Source of the DNA: a virus
IMG/VR virus record: IMGVR_UViG_3300031857_000028
Coordinates: 64,001-128,000 of that record
Strand: one strand, 5' to 3'
DNA: 64,000 nucleotides
Shown here: in pieces, positions 1 through 9,081 of the stretch
How positions within the stretch are numbered: the stretch's first letter is position 1
Layout of the letters: every line of letters begins with the position of its first letter
Program-made: the position numbers and the translations under genes
The notes under the pieces: model-generated
What the model was told of the DNA's origin: nothing
The model's input: the letters and a program-made list of their open reading frames with translations, nothing else
Database searches by the model: none

Positions 1-285
1 TCCATTGATATTTCCAGCACGTATCCACAATTCTACAGTTTTACTTGTTGTATTATTGAAACTAGATGAATTTGCAATTATTACTTGATCATCAATTCCG
101 TCAAATGCAATATTGCCAAGATTTGATGAATTAAAGGTAGAACCACTCACCAATGAAGCGGAAATCGTACTTCCTAATAAATCACGCCAAACAGTACCAC
201 TTCCTGGATATGACTTTCTACTTCCTGCATCAAACGTAAGTACCAATCCATCTTCTACAATATTCGGTCCACCACTGACAGCCAT
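1..285 (-). CDS. LamG/concanavalin A-like virion protein, truncated at the left window edge
   Basis: Not in the ORF track. ATG at 285 reads MAVSGGPNIVEDGLVLTFDAGSRKSYPGSGTVWRDL..., open to position 1. Paralogous to the C-terminal domain of 288-1943 (GPKIINDGLILALDAGNRKSYPSTGTTWNDL). Confidence 0.8.
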   Translation of the reverse strand, partial: MAVSGGPNIVEDGLVLTFDAGSRKSYPGSGTVWRDLLGSTISASLVSGSTFNSSNLGNIAFDGIDDQVIIANSSSFNNTTSKTVELWIRAGNING

Positions 286-287
286 AA

Positions 288-1943
288 TTATACTCCGAAA
301 CGACCACGGGTGGCATTAAAGTTTTGAAGAATTTCTGCGGCAGTCAATGCTCTATTATAAATTTGTACAAACCCAATATTTCCAGCATAAAATAAATCAT
401 TAATACGTCTGCCTATCTGTAGATTCGTTGTTTCAGCCGCATATACTTGGCCCGAATTTGATTGAGCGGCTTGGTTTAACTCACCATCAATATAAATTTG
501 AGCACCATTATTTGCCCCCACAGTCGTACTGGTTGTAAATTGTACCACTACTTGATGCCATTTATTATCATTAACCGTAGTATTTGATCTTCTAGTGAAC
601 GTGGTAAATCCAGCAGAATTCTTAGATGCACATCCAACAAATCCACTGTCAATTGATACCGTCCAACCACCCACGATATATCCCTTAGTTAAAAATAAAC
701 CCGACGTAGCTGATGTCTGTAACCATGTAACTATGGTAAATGTAGTATCTACGAAATTAAAATTTGCTTGGTTTGCCACATCTACATACTGGGTACTTCC
801 ATTGAAGGAAATACTTCCTCCATTTGCAGAACTGAACGTGGGTCCATTAGTTAATGTCCCCGTATTACTATTACCCGTTAAATCATTCCATGTCGTACCA
901 GTACTAGGATACGATTTTCTATTTCCCGCATCTAAGGCTAATATTAACCCGTCGTTTATAATTTTAGGACCATACTTTGCATTATATATTGTCTGGGTAG
1001 AGACGTTTGGTTGGGTTGGTCCAATACTCCACAAAGTTCCACGAGACTTTCCATCAAAGTCATCAGAAAATGCACCCGTGGCACTCGTACTTAAATTTGT
1101 CCCAAATCCTAATGCGGCTGTGTCCAGTGTAGATAGATGAAAATTTAAACTTGCGCTGTCTACAAATCTAAATGTTTGACTTGTTCTATTATTTACACCT
1201 GGAGCAGTTGCACTCGTTGTTGCGTTGTTTGTTGAAAATGTGGTATTGAATCCACTACCACTGAATCCAGGTCCGGTTCCAGTTGCCGCGATGCAATTTC
1301 TAACCACAGTGGGGTCTGCTGAAGACGGTCTAAATCCATTTCTAAGTCCTATTGTAAAAGCAAGACAATTATCATAATCAACGTTTGAATTATCGTGTTG
1401 AAACACCCCTTGATCAGATCGTCCATTTCCATCTATCATTATTCCTACACAATTCTGCAATCGAGGGCGTGGCGTACCACTCCCTTGAGCAAAAAATGCT
1501 CTACCGACATCTCCATTATTTCCGCTACGCATTATCGTATTTCTAATCAATACTCCGGTAAGACCACCGCTGCCCACAAAAATTGCATTATTATTTGCAT
1601 TGTTCGTTGTATGATGTACGTAAATACCGTCTACTTGTGTATAGGATTGTTGTATCGACAACATCGTTCCTGGACTACCGGATTGTAGTACATATTGCGA
1701 ACCATCTGTTTTTGGTGGTAGTGTTGCTTTTGCCGATGGATGTGCTCGTATAATAATATAATTATTGACACCAGTAGTCCATCCAGATATGGTTGTCAGT
1801 GTGGTATCCACAAATCCATAACATTCTGCAACAGCAATTTCATCTGCCGTCACTAAGTTTCTTTGTTGTGCAGCTTCCCATGCAGATAATGATGAATAAT
1901 CTCCGCCGGATGATTTAATCGTATGAACAACAGTCGTAGGCAT
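288..1943 (-). CDS. Virion protein with an N-terminal beta-helix-like region and a C-terminal LamG-like lectin domain
   Basis: 551 aa. The C-terminus has LamG hallmarks (DNKWHQVV, IYIDGEL, IYNRALTAAEILQNFNA). Confidence 0.75.
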   Translation of the reverse strand: MPTTVVHTIKSSGGDYSSLSAWEAAQQRNLVTADEIAVAECYGFVDTTLTTISGWTTGVNNYIIIRAHPSAKATLPPKTDGSQYVLQSGSPGTMLSIQQSYTQVDGIYVHHTTNNANNNAIFVGSGGLTGVLIRNTIMRSGNNGDVGRAFFAQGSGTPRPRLQNCVGIMIDGNGRSDQGVFQHDNSNVDYDNCLAFTIGLRNGFRPSSADPTVVRNCIAATGTGPGFSGSGFNTTFSTNNATTSATAPGVNNRTSQTFRFVDSASLNFHLSTLDTAALGFGTNLSTSATGAFSDDFDGKSRGTLWSIGPTQPNVSTQTIYNAKYGPKIINDGLILALDAGNRKSYPSTGTTWNDLTGNSNTGTLTNGPTFSSANGGSISFNGSTQYVDVANQANFNFVDTTFTIVTWLQTSATSGLFLTKGYIVGGWTVSIDSGFVGCASKNSAGFTTFTRRSNTTVNDNKWHQVVVQFTTSTTVGANNGAQIYIDGELNQAAQSNSGQVYAAETTNLQIGRRINDLFYAGNIGFVQIYNRALTAAEILQNFNATRGRFGV

Positions 1944-2341
1944 TAATTAATACTCAAGAATTCGTTCGTAATTTTATTTTTCACACATTCACACAATCTT
2001 TCTGAGGTTACTGTTAATACCCCCGTGGATAGTAATGTATTTTCTTCTTCCGTCAATAAACTAACATCAAGTTTCCAGATGCGCTGTAATAATACGATTG
2101 GTGTTTCCCCATCATATTCTACATATTGTGATGAGAGAACTTCTAATTGTTCAAATAAGACAAGGGGGACACTGACTATCCAAAATTTTGGATTTGACGC
2201 CGTGAAGGGATGTTCTTCTCTCCCCCATTCATGGACATCAGATTTAACAACAATAATATCCCCTTGTTTATAACAATCACGTTCATTGATAATTGGGTCA
2301 TCATGAACGTTATCTTGATTAAAAATTAATAACTGTGCCAT
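1943..2341 (-). CDS. Hypothetical protein in the fibre cluster
   Basis: 132-aa ORF tightly coupled to both neighbours. Confidence 0.6.
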   Translation of the reverse strand: MAQLLIFNQDNVHDDPIINERDCYKQGDIIVVKSDVHEWGREEHPFTASNPKFWIVSVPLVLFEQLEVLSSQYVEYDGETPIVLLQRIWKLDVSLLTEEENTLLSTGVLTVTSERLCECVKNKITNEFLSIN

Positions 2342-2342
2342 A

Positions 2343-5300
2343 CTACTCCACCGTAATTAAGTTCGGTACGTCCTTACGAGTTGCGTGAACGAGATAGAAA
2401 CAGTCAATTGCCGAACGTGACTTAATTGTTATCATATTGTTTTCTATTTTGTCCACGTATGCTTCTTGTGGGCCGCTAATTGGCGTTAATTGTACGGTAA
2501 TACTTGCTGCATCTACTAACCATTCCCATTCTTCTGGAAGTTGGATGAATGCCGTACCAGTAAACGTACTGGTTGTTCTGCCTCGTGCATACACCGCATG
2601 TTCTGGACCTTCCAACACACCGTAGATTAAACTCTTACCAGCCAATCGTTGGTGGTCGATTCTGAAACTCTTGGTTGTTGCTTGGAATGCTCCAAGAACT
2701 GTCGTTGAGCCAGTGACGAACAATCCTTGTGTCGTACTGCCGGAAATAATTAATGAACCACTGATTACCGCAGGAGTTGTTCTTCCGTCATATGGGAATG
2801 GTGTACTTGATGCTGCATTTAGTGCCCAACTTGCCGTTCCGAAGAAGCCTACTGCATTACTAATTGAACTGGTATATGATGAAGCTGATACATTTCCTTG
2901 CACATGCAATCTACTTCCGCGAGGTACTGCTCCACCTACGCCTACATCACCACTAGTACTAACAAAAAATACAATTTTACTTGCTATTGTTGGAGAATTG
3001 CTATAAAATTCAAAATCATTTACAACATTTGATGAACCAAAACTGATTGTATTTGTATTGGTAGATTGACCGATTAACCAGTTATTATTTGCTCTATATG
3101 CTGCACCGCCTTGCGGGATAGTGATTGATCCACTAACTTCCAATTTTTGGGTAGGAGTTAATGTTGATATACCAACATTGCCCGTACCAGCTATAAACAT
3201 CGGGGTATTACTTGGCGTAGATGCTGCTAGACTATTAAAATAGATATCACTTGTAACATTATCTGCACCAATTGAAATTGCATTTGTTACAGAAGACTTA
3301 CCTATTAACCACGTATCATTTATTCTGTATGCTGTCCCCAGTGGTATCGTTACCGACCCACTCACCGTCAACCGTTGTGTTGCTGACGTAGTACCTATAC
3401 CAATATTATTAGTACTCTGGAATATATTACTAGATGATTGCGCCGTAGCACTGGTCCACAATGGAATATAATTTGTAGTTCCGCCTGTTAGTCCACCTGC
3501 AGCAGAATTCAACGCATATGATGCCGTTGTTGCAAACGATGCAGTTGCAGGCGTAAAGGTAATAGAATTTGCTGCACTTGCAGACGTTGCAAATGAACTT
3601 GATACCGAATTACTTGCCCAACTTGATGTACCAAATAATGAACCCGTAAAGGAACTAGCCGATACGTTACCTTGAACGTGTAATAATGTTCCCGGAGTTA
3701 TTGTTCCAATACCAACGCCTGTCGTATTAGAGTAGATAGTTTGACCACTACTTCCCAGTTTAATAGCACCAACGGTACTATCTTGTTGTCCGTGAATACC
3801 TAATGTATTTGCTGTATTTACGTCATATAGTGCCGCATCATCGCCACCTTGAAAGAATTTTGCTCCATTAGTACTAATTGCTAATACTGTTCCATCGTAT
3901 GTGAGGGTGGATTCTGCATTTATTCCCCCCGCACCCGTTGATGTTATTACACGATTATCGGTTGCATTTGTGTACGAGGAAACGGCAGAAGCTGCTGCTT
4001 GTAAGTTGGTTCCCGCTGCTCCGGAGCCGGAAGTCATGTCTACGAAGAATCCACGAGCACTACCACCTTGTTCAAAAAATCGTAATTTATTTTGAAAAAT
4101 GTCAATCGTTACACCAGTTCCAGCTATTGTACTATTAGTTTGTGGTTTTGCTAATAGAATTTCTCCACCTTCGTCGCCGGAAGAGTTATTGGATATAAGA
4201 TTTGTGCCAGCAATTATGTTTCCAGAGGCACTGACTGTTTGATTCAGTATGTTGAGAAACGAAGCAGTTTGTGCAAATGATGCTGTCGTAGGTGTGAACG
4301 TGATAGACGTTGCTGCACTTGCTGACACCGAATTACTTGCCCAACTACTCGTACCAATAAGTGTGCCGGTGAATGAACCACTGAAACTTCCCGTATTAAT
4401 TTGTGTTGAACTTGATACCAATCCGTTCGGTAATATCGTTGGTGCAAATGATGCAGAAATAGCAAATGATGATGTTAAGTTATTAATAACGTTTGGTAAT
4501 ACGTTTATACTTCCGGTAACATTTAATGAACCGGATAATACGTGTTGGTTATTTGATTCCAAAATAAGTTTCGTATTTGCTTCTGCATCTTCGCCACCCA
4601 CGAAAAACATAATATGTTCATCGGGAGTGGTGTTACCAATATGTAACATACGACCAGTAGAATACAAATACGCATCATTTGGACCACCCACCGCATTTAG
4701 TACAGCATAATCACTACTATTAATTCCCATGTTAATGAAATTTGTAGTTTCTGTACCATTATTTGCCGTTGCTACGAAGTCAGCGGATGCTTGGTCTCCT
4801 GCACTCTGATTTGTTAAATTAACCTGACTGTAATTATTTACATTACTAACTGCCGTAATAAGATTGATTGATGACGTATTTAACGCACCAACGTACAATG
4901 ATTCTGGATCACCGGTTGTAATACTATTGGTATTGATACCCACAGTTCCACCGGCATCAACATACACACGTGCATTATTATCAGCATCACCCGGTCCAGA
5001 GAACAAAATAATACGTGAATCTGGTCCTAATGTACCTATTAATAAATCACTACCGGTTGAAAATAGATACGCATCAAGTGGACCACCGATTTGATCAAGA
5101 CGAGCATACGTACTTGAATTAATGCCCATTTCTATAAATCCACCAATATCATTCCCCGTATCGGCAGTTGCTTTATAGTTTGTGGACGCAGATACTCCAC
5201 TACTAATATTTCGAATATTTACTCTATAATCACTATCAATTGTACCGTGTGCATAGATAACATTTCTAACACCGGTTTCACCTGAGTGTACCGCCAATGT

Positions 5301-5684
5301 TTCCCCTTCTGGGGAATGTACGTGTGGTGTAGTATCATATCCAATAAAAATACCTTTTGGTAATTGATAGATTACACTTGACGTTAATTCGTTATTAGAA
5401 GAACCTGTCCATAATGGAATATAATTTGCGGTACCGCCAGTGATACGGGATGTTACTGAGGCCGACGTGACGTTATTTGCCCAACTACTGGTACCGATAA
5501 CGTTTCCAGTAAATGAACCGCTGAAACTGCCGGTATTAACCTGTGCCGACGATGACACAAATCCAGAAATAATTCCAGACAATAATACAGACCGAGTAAC
5601 TGCACCATCAAAGTTTTGTATAGATTCCGTTGGTATCGTATTTGCCCGTATTTGTTGTCCGGAAATTTTTGTAAAATCAGCCAT
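2343..5684 (-). CDS. Long tail-fibre-like protein with internal duplications and a C-terminal chaperone-like domain
   Basis: 1113 aa, S/T/G-rich. Contains GIGT...LHVQGNVSAS fibre repeats. The C-terminus TKSFRIDH...LEGPEHAVYARG...LPEEW...ITVQLTP is typical of phage fibre ends. Confidence 0.75.
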   Translation of the reverse strand: MADFTKISGQQIRANTIPTESIQNFDGAVTRSVLLSGIISGFVSSSAQVNTGSFSGSFTGNVIGTSSWANNVTSASVTSRITGGTANYIPLWTGSSNNELTSSVIYQLPKGIFIGYDTTPHVHSPEGETLAVHSGETGVRNVIYAHGTIDSDYRVNIRNISSGVSASTNYKATADTGNDIGGFIEMGINSSTYARLDQIGGPLDAYLFSTGSDLLIGTLGPDSRIILFSGPGDADNNARVYVDAGGTVGINTNSITTGDPESLYVGALNTSSINLITAVSNVNNYSQVNLTNQSAGDQASADFVATANNGTETTNFINMGINSSDYAVLNAVGGPNDAYLYSTGRMLHIGNTTPDEHIMFFVGGEDAEANTKLILESNNQHVLSGSLNVTGSINVLPNVINNLTSSFAISASFAPTILPNGLVSSSTQINTGSFSGSFTGTLIGTSSWASNSVSASAATSITFTPTTASFAQTASFLNILNQTVSASGNIIAGTNLISNNSSGDEGGEILLAKPQTNSTIAGTGVTIDIFQNKLRFFEQGGSARGFFVDMTSGSGAAGTNLQAAASAVSSYTNATDNRVITSTGAGGINAESTLTYDGTVLAISTNGAKFFQGGDDAALYDVNTANTLGIHGQQDSTVGAIKLGSSGQTIYSNTTGVGIGTITPGTLLHVQGNVSASSFTGSLFGTSSWASNSVSSSFATSASAANSITFTPATASFATTASYALNSAAGGLTGGTTNYIPLWTSATAQSSSNIFQSTNNIGIGTTSATQRLTVSGSVTIPLGTAYRINDTWLIGKSSVTNAISIGADNVTSDIYFNSLAASTPSNTPMFIAGTGNVGISTLTPTQKLEVSGSITIPQGGAAYRANNNWLIGQSTNTNTISFGSSNVVNDFEFYSNSPTIASKIVFFVSTSGDVGVGGAVPRGSRLHVQGNVSASSYTSSISNAVGFFGTASWALNAASSTPFPYDGRTTPAVISGSLIISGSTTQGLFVTGSTTVLGAFQATTKSFRIDHQRLAGKSLIYGVLEGPEHAVYARGRTTSTFTGTAFIQLPEEWEWLVDAASITVQLTPISGPQEAYVDKIENNMITIKSRSAIDCFYLVHATRKDVPNLITVE

Positions 5685-5880
5685 TCTGTTCTTCTGTTGT
5701 TAATGGTATTCCAAAAAATATTTTGGCATCGTCTTCGGTATCAAACCAGTACCATCCGTCTACTGGGTATGTATAAATATCTTTCTGACCACTTAATAGT
5801 TCAAAGGTAGGCCCATACACAAATGCTGGACCATGAAATAATTCATTATCTTGAAATTTATAAAAGCCTGATGTGTTCAT
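5677..5880 (-). CDS. Small hypothetical protein
   Basis: 67 aa, aromatic-rich (YTYPVDGWYWFD), overlaps the next gene by 8 nt. Confidence 0.6.
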   Translation of the reverse strand: MNTSGFYKFQDNELFHGPAFVYGPTFELLSGQKDIYTYPVDGWYWFDTEDDAKIFFGIPLTTEEQNG

Positions 5881-5883
5881 ATA

Positions 5884-8079
5884 TTACCCCGCAATTGTCC
5901 AGCCCTTTCCAGTTGCTATTGCTCTATCTCCTGCACTTAAACTTGCCGACCCGTAATTTCCAGTAATCGTAATTATTTGCGAACCTGCTGCAGTTCCTAG
6001 AAAAGTGAAAATTTCTCGTAAACTTCCCGATGATAATCTGCAGTTTGCATAACTAATTGCTCGTGTTGACCCACTCGCTAATGCACCACTGGCAAGTGAA
6101 TTACATCCACTAAATGCCAATGTGTTATTACTGGATGCAGAAAAAATTAACATCGGCACTTCTCGTAACGACACACAATCTTGAAATATACTATTAAATG
6201 CGCTACATCGTTGCGTATTTAACTGCGGAAGTGTTTGTAGTGATGTACAAGCTCTAAACATACTAGATGCGTCGAGAACGTTACTGGTGTTATACGGTGG
6301 AACAGTTATTAAATTGGCACATTCAAAAAACATATTACTACAATTTGTTGCAGAATTTAAACTCAACGACGGTGCCGTTTGAAACATTGCTCCTCTAAAC
6401 ATACTAAGGAAACTACTACCACTAACTGTATTCAATGTTGGAACAATTTTCAGTGACGAACAATTATTAAACATGCCACCAAAATCCGTTCCCCTTGATA
6501 CGTCCCACGACGGTGCTTTATATAAAGCAAAGCAATTTGAAAATGCAGAATTAAAATTAGAACCACTTGCTGTATTATACTCCGGTGCAACTAGTAATGA
6601 TTGACATCCATTAAACATATTGGAAAAATTTGTACCTCTACGTGTATCAATATTTGGAGCTTTGACTAGGCTATTACAACCACCAAACATACCTGAAAAA
6701 TTTGTACAATTTCTTGTGTCAAAATCGGGTACGGTTTTTAATCTACTGCACCCCGAAAAAGTTGAAGAAAATGCTGTTACATTTGCTGTGTTATATAGAG
6801 GAACTTTTTCTAAACTAGCACAGTTTTGAAACGTAGCAAGAAGACTTGTTGCACTAATTGTATTTACAAATGGCGCAATTCGTAAACTTGAACACCCATT
6901 AAACATTTGTGTGAAGTCGGTTACAAGTCTTGTATTTAACGAAGGTACTTCTATTAAGCGAGCACAATTTTGAAACATAGAAGACACGATTGTTGCTCTA
7001 GACAAATTTATGGGAGGAATGCGTTCAATTGCACTAGCCCCATTAAACATAGCTGTAAAATTTGTACCATTTTCTGTGTTTAATAATGGAATTTCTTTTA
7101 ATGAAATGCAACTAGCAAACATACTTGTAAAATTTGTACCGCTTGTTGTGTTTAACAATGGAATTGTTTGTAACGTATTACATCCATTAAACATGGAAGA
7201 AAAATCTGTTACTCTTGATGTATCCAGTAATGGAATAGTTTGTAGTGCTCTGCAACCATTAAACATATTGGTCATGTTAACTACATTCGATGTGTTATAT
7301 ATCGGAACGTTGATTAATGAACGACAGTTACGAAATACATTAGTAAATGCAAAAGATCCTGAACAATTTGTCGTATTTATGAATGGCGCAGATTGTAATG
7401 AAAAACAGTCCGAAAATCCAAAAGTAAATGTATTAAGTGGTTGAGACGAATTAAATGTTACAGATTGTAATTGATAAAACTCTCTAAACATAAATGATGC
7501 ATCGGTTACATTACTCGATGTTATATTAACTCGTTCAACCATTCCGTTCGATAGCACTTTTGTGAAAAACGTCTGTGATGTGGTGGATAAATTCAGTCGT
7601 GATGCGGATGGCATAGAAATATTCATATCTAACCAACCAGTATCATACACCACAGAAGACCCGGTTAGAAAGTTGTGTCGTTCTTGTAAACTTAATAACG
7701 TAAAAATCTGGCCACCTTGCGGGATTACGCTGACAACTACTTGTTTATATCCACGACTACTTGTTGTACTATTTGATATACTATTATAATCATAATAATG
7801 TTGCGCTCGTACACCCGATGACATACTTTCTATAATACCATCTCCCCAATCTATTATGTAACTTCCAGATACCGTAAGTGCTACATAATTATCGGTTCTG
7901 TCAGGTATTGCCATTAATCCAACAAAACGTTGTTCTGATGGTGATAATTCTGGTAAACTTAGCCAATCCGATGGACGGACCCATGATTGCGTTTCTGGTA
8001 TATCTGGTGATATTGGGTACACCCATTGTACCACATTTTTATTTGTGACCGTAGACGAATTTAGATTAATACTTGACAT
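5884..8079 (-). CDS. DUF285/BspA-like leucine-rich-repeat surface protein, putative adhesin
   Basis: 731 aa. About 20 tandem ~23-aa repeats of the form MFxGCxSLxxxPxxNTxxxTNFxx, preceded by a PKD-like IDWGDG motif. Confidence 0.8.
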   Translation of the reverse strand: MSSINLNSSTVTNKNVVQWVYPISPDIPETQSWVRPSDWLSLPELSPSEQRFVGLMAIPDRTDNYVALTVSGSYIIDWGDGIIESMSSGVRAQHYYDYNSISNSTTSSRGYKQVVVSVIPQGGQIFTLLSLQERHNFLTGSSVVYDTGWLDMNISMPSASRLNLSTTSQTFFTKVLSNGMVERVNITSSNVTDASFMFREFYQLQSVTFNSSQPLNTFTFGFSDCFSLQSAPFINTTNCSGSFAFTNVFRNCRSLINVPIYNTSNVVNMTNMFNGCRALQTIPLLDTSRVTDFSSMFNGCNTLQTIPLLNTTSGTNFTSMFASCISLKEIPLLNTENGTNFTAMFNGASAIERIPPINLSRATIVSSMFQNCARLIEVPSLNTRLVTDFTQMFNGCSSLRIAPFVNTISATSLLATFQNCASLEKVPLYNTANVTAFSSTFSGCSRLKTVPDFDTRNCTNFSGMFGGCNSLVKAPNIDTRRGTNFSNMFNGCQSLLVAPEYNTASGSNFNSAFSNCFALYKAPSWDVSRGTDFGGMFNNCSSLKIVPTLNTVSGSSFLSMFRGAMFQTAPSLSLNSATNCSNMFFECANLITVPPYNTSNVLDASSMFRACTSLQTLPQLNTQRCSAFNSIFQDCVSLREVPMLIFSASSNNTLAFSGCNSLASGALASGSTRAISYANCRLSSGSLREIFTFLGTAAGSQIITITGNYGSASLSAGDRAIATGKGWTIAG

Positions 8080-8082
8080 ATC

Positions 8083-8400
8083 TTATATTTCCGTACCAAA
8101 TAAATTAAAGGCAAGACCGTTGGACCCTGCAAACACTGAAACGACATCCGACCCACTAAGGGTCATGCCAATTGTCAATAATACCGTATCATTTCCATTA
8201 ACTGTCGTATCATACGATACATAATGTTTATTTGCAATACTCTCTGCTCCCGGACGCACGGCCATGCGAAATGTTGCAACACTACTTGAAACGTTACACA
8301 CGGCCAGTGTCGAAATTACTGCTTCTCGTGGAGCAGTATATAATGTTTGTAAAGATCCAGAGGTAGGATTCAATTGTCCTAATACTCTATATGTTGGCAT
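8083..8400 (-). CDS. Small virion structural protein
   Basis: 105 aa, beta-rich, within the fibre operon. Confidence 0.6.
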   Translation of the reverse strand: MPTYRVLGQLNPTSGSLQTLYTAPREAVISTLAVCNVSSSVATFRMAVRPGAESIANKHYVSYDTTVNGNDTVLLTIGMTLSGSDVVSVFAGSNGLAFNLFGTEI

Positions 8401-8404
8401 AGTA

Positions 8405-8938
8405 TTACAACCCCGCTAATAAAAATGGATGAAAAGATTCGCCACTTCCTTGAGTTCCGCCGGCGGCATTTAGTGCATAACTGGCGGTTACTGCATAACT
8501 TGCCGATGTAATGGTTCCCAGAAACGAACCGGTAAAAGTTCCAATGGCATTACTCGTTGCATTTAATAGTGCTCGGACAATAATGTTGGATTGTGATGGC
8601 GGTGCATAAGTAAATGATAACGTGGTACCGCTTAATGAATAATCTACAGTTTTTGTTTGTGTTAGACCGCCAACAACTACCGTCAATGAATCGATATTAT
8701 AGGTGTCAGACAACGTGTATTGTGTTGTAACACCATTTCCTTCAAAAATATCTTCGTCGATATTTACGGCAACGCCAGTTAATACAACCGGTGCCCAACT
8801 TGCAGATATTGCATTGTTTGCCCAACTACTCGTACCAAATAAAGAGCCAGTAATTCCTCTGGTTACGTTGAGAGAACCAGTAATTAATGTACTCCCAGAA
8901 ACTATTAGGCCTTTTCTTGCAACAAATTCATTTGCCAT
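8405..8938 (-). CDS. Short fibre/decoration protein with an MANEF-type N-terminus
   Basis: 177 aa. N-terminus MANEFVARKGL matches 9082-11175. Contains a GNGVTTQYTL...DYSLSGTTLSF domain. SD GAGAG. Confidence 0.7.
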   Translation of the reverse strand: MANEFVARKGLIVSGSTLITGSLNVTRGITGSLFGTSSWANNAISASWAPVVLTGVAVNIDEDIFEGNGVTTQYTLSDTYNIDSLTVVVGGLTQTKTVDYSLSGTTLSFTYAPPSQSNIIVRALLNATSNAIGTFTGSFLGTITSASYAVTASYALNAAGGTQGSGESFHPFLLAGL

Positions 8939-9070
8939 TACACACTCTCATATAAAAGGACACTTCCAAATATGTGAAAACCACACACTTGGAAGTGAGA
9001 AGATGTTGTATCGTAAATTATATTATTTTTGATACACCATCCTCTTCACTGTCCAAGGGGTGTGTTACTA
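8939..9070 (-). promoter_or_regulatory. Structured 5' leader with alternative hairpins (candidate attenuator or RNA switch)
   Basis: 16-bp hairpin 8961-8997 followed by UCCUUUU. An 11-bp hairpin (one mismatch) at 9002-9041. A competing long stem pairs 9031-9065 with 8983-9012. Confidence 0.55.
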
Positions 9071-9081
9071 CTATAAGTATC

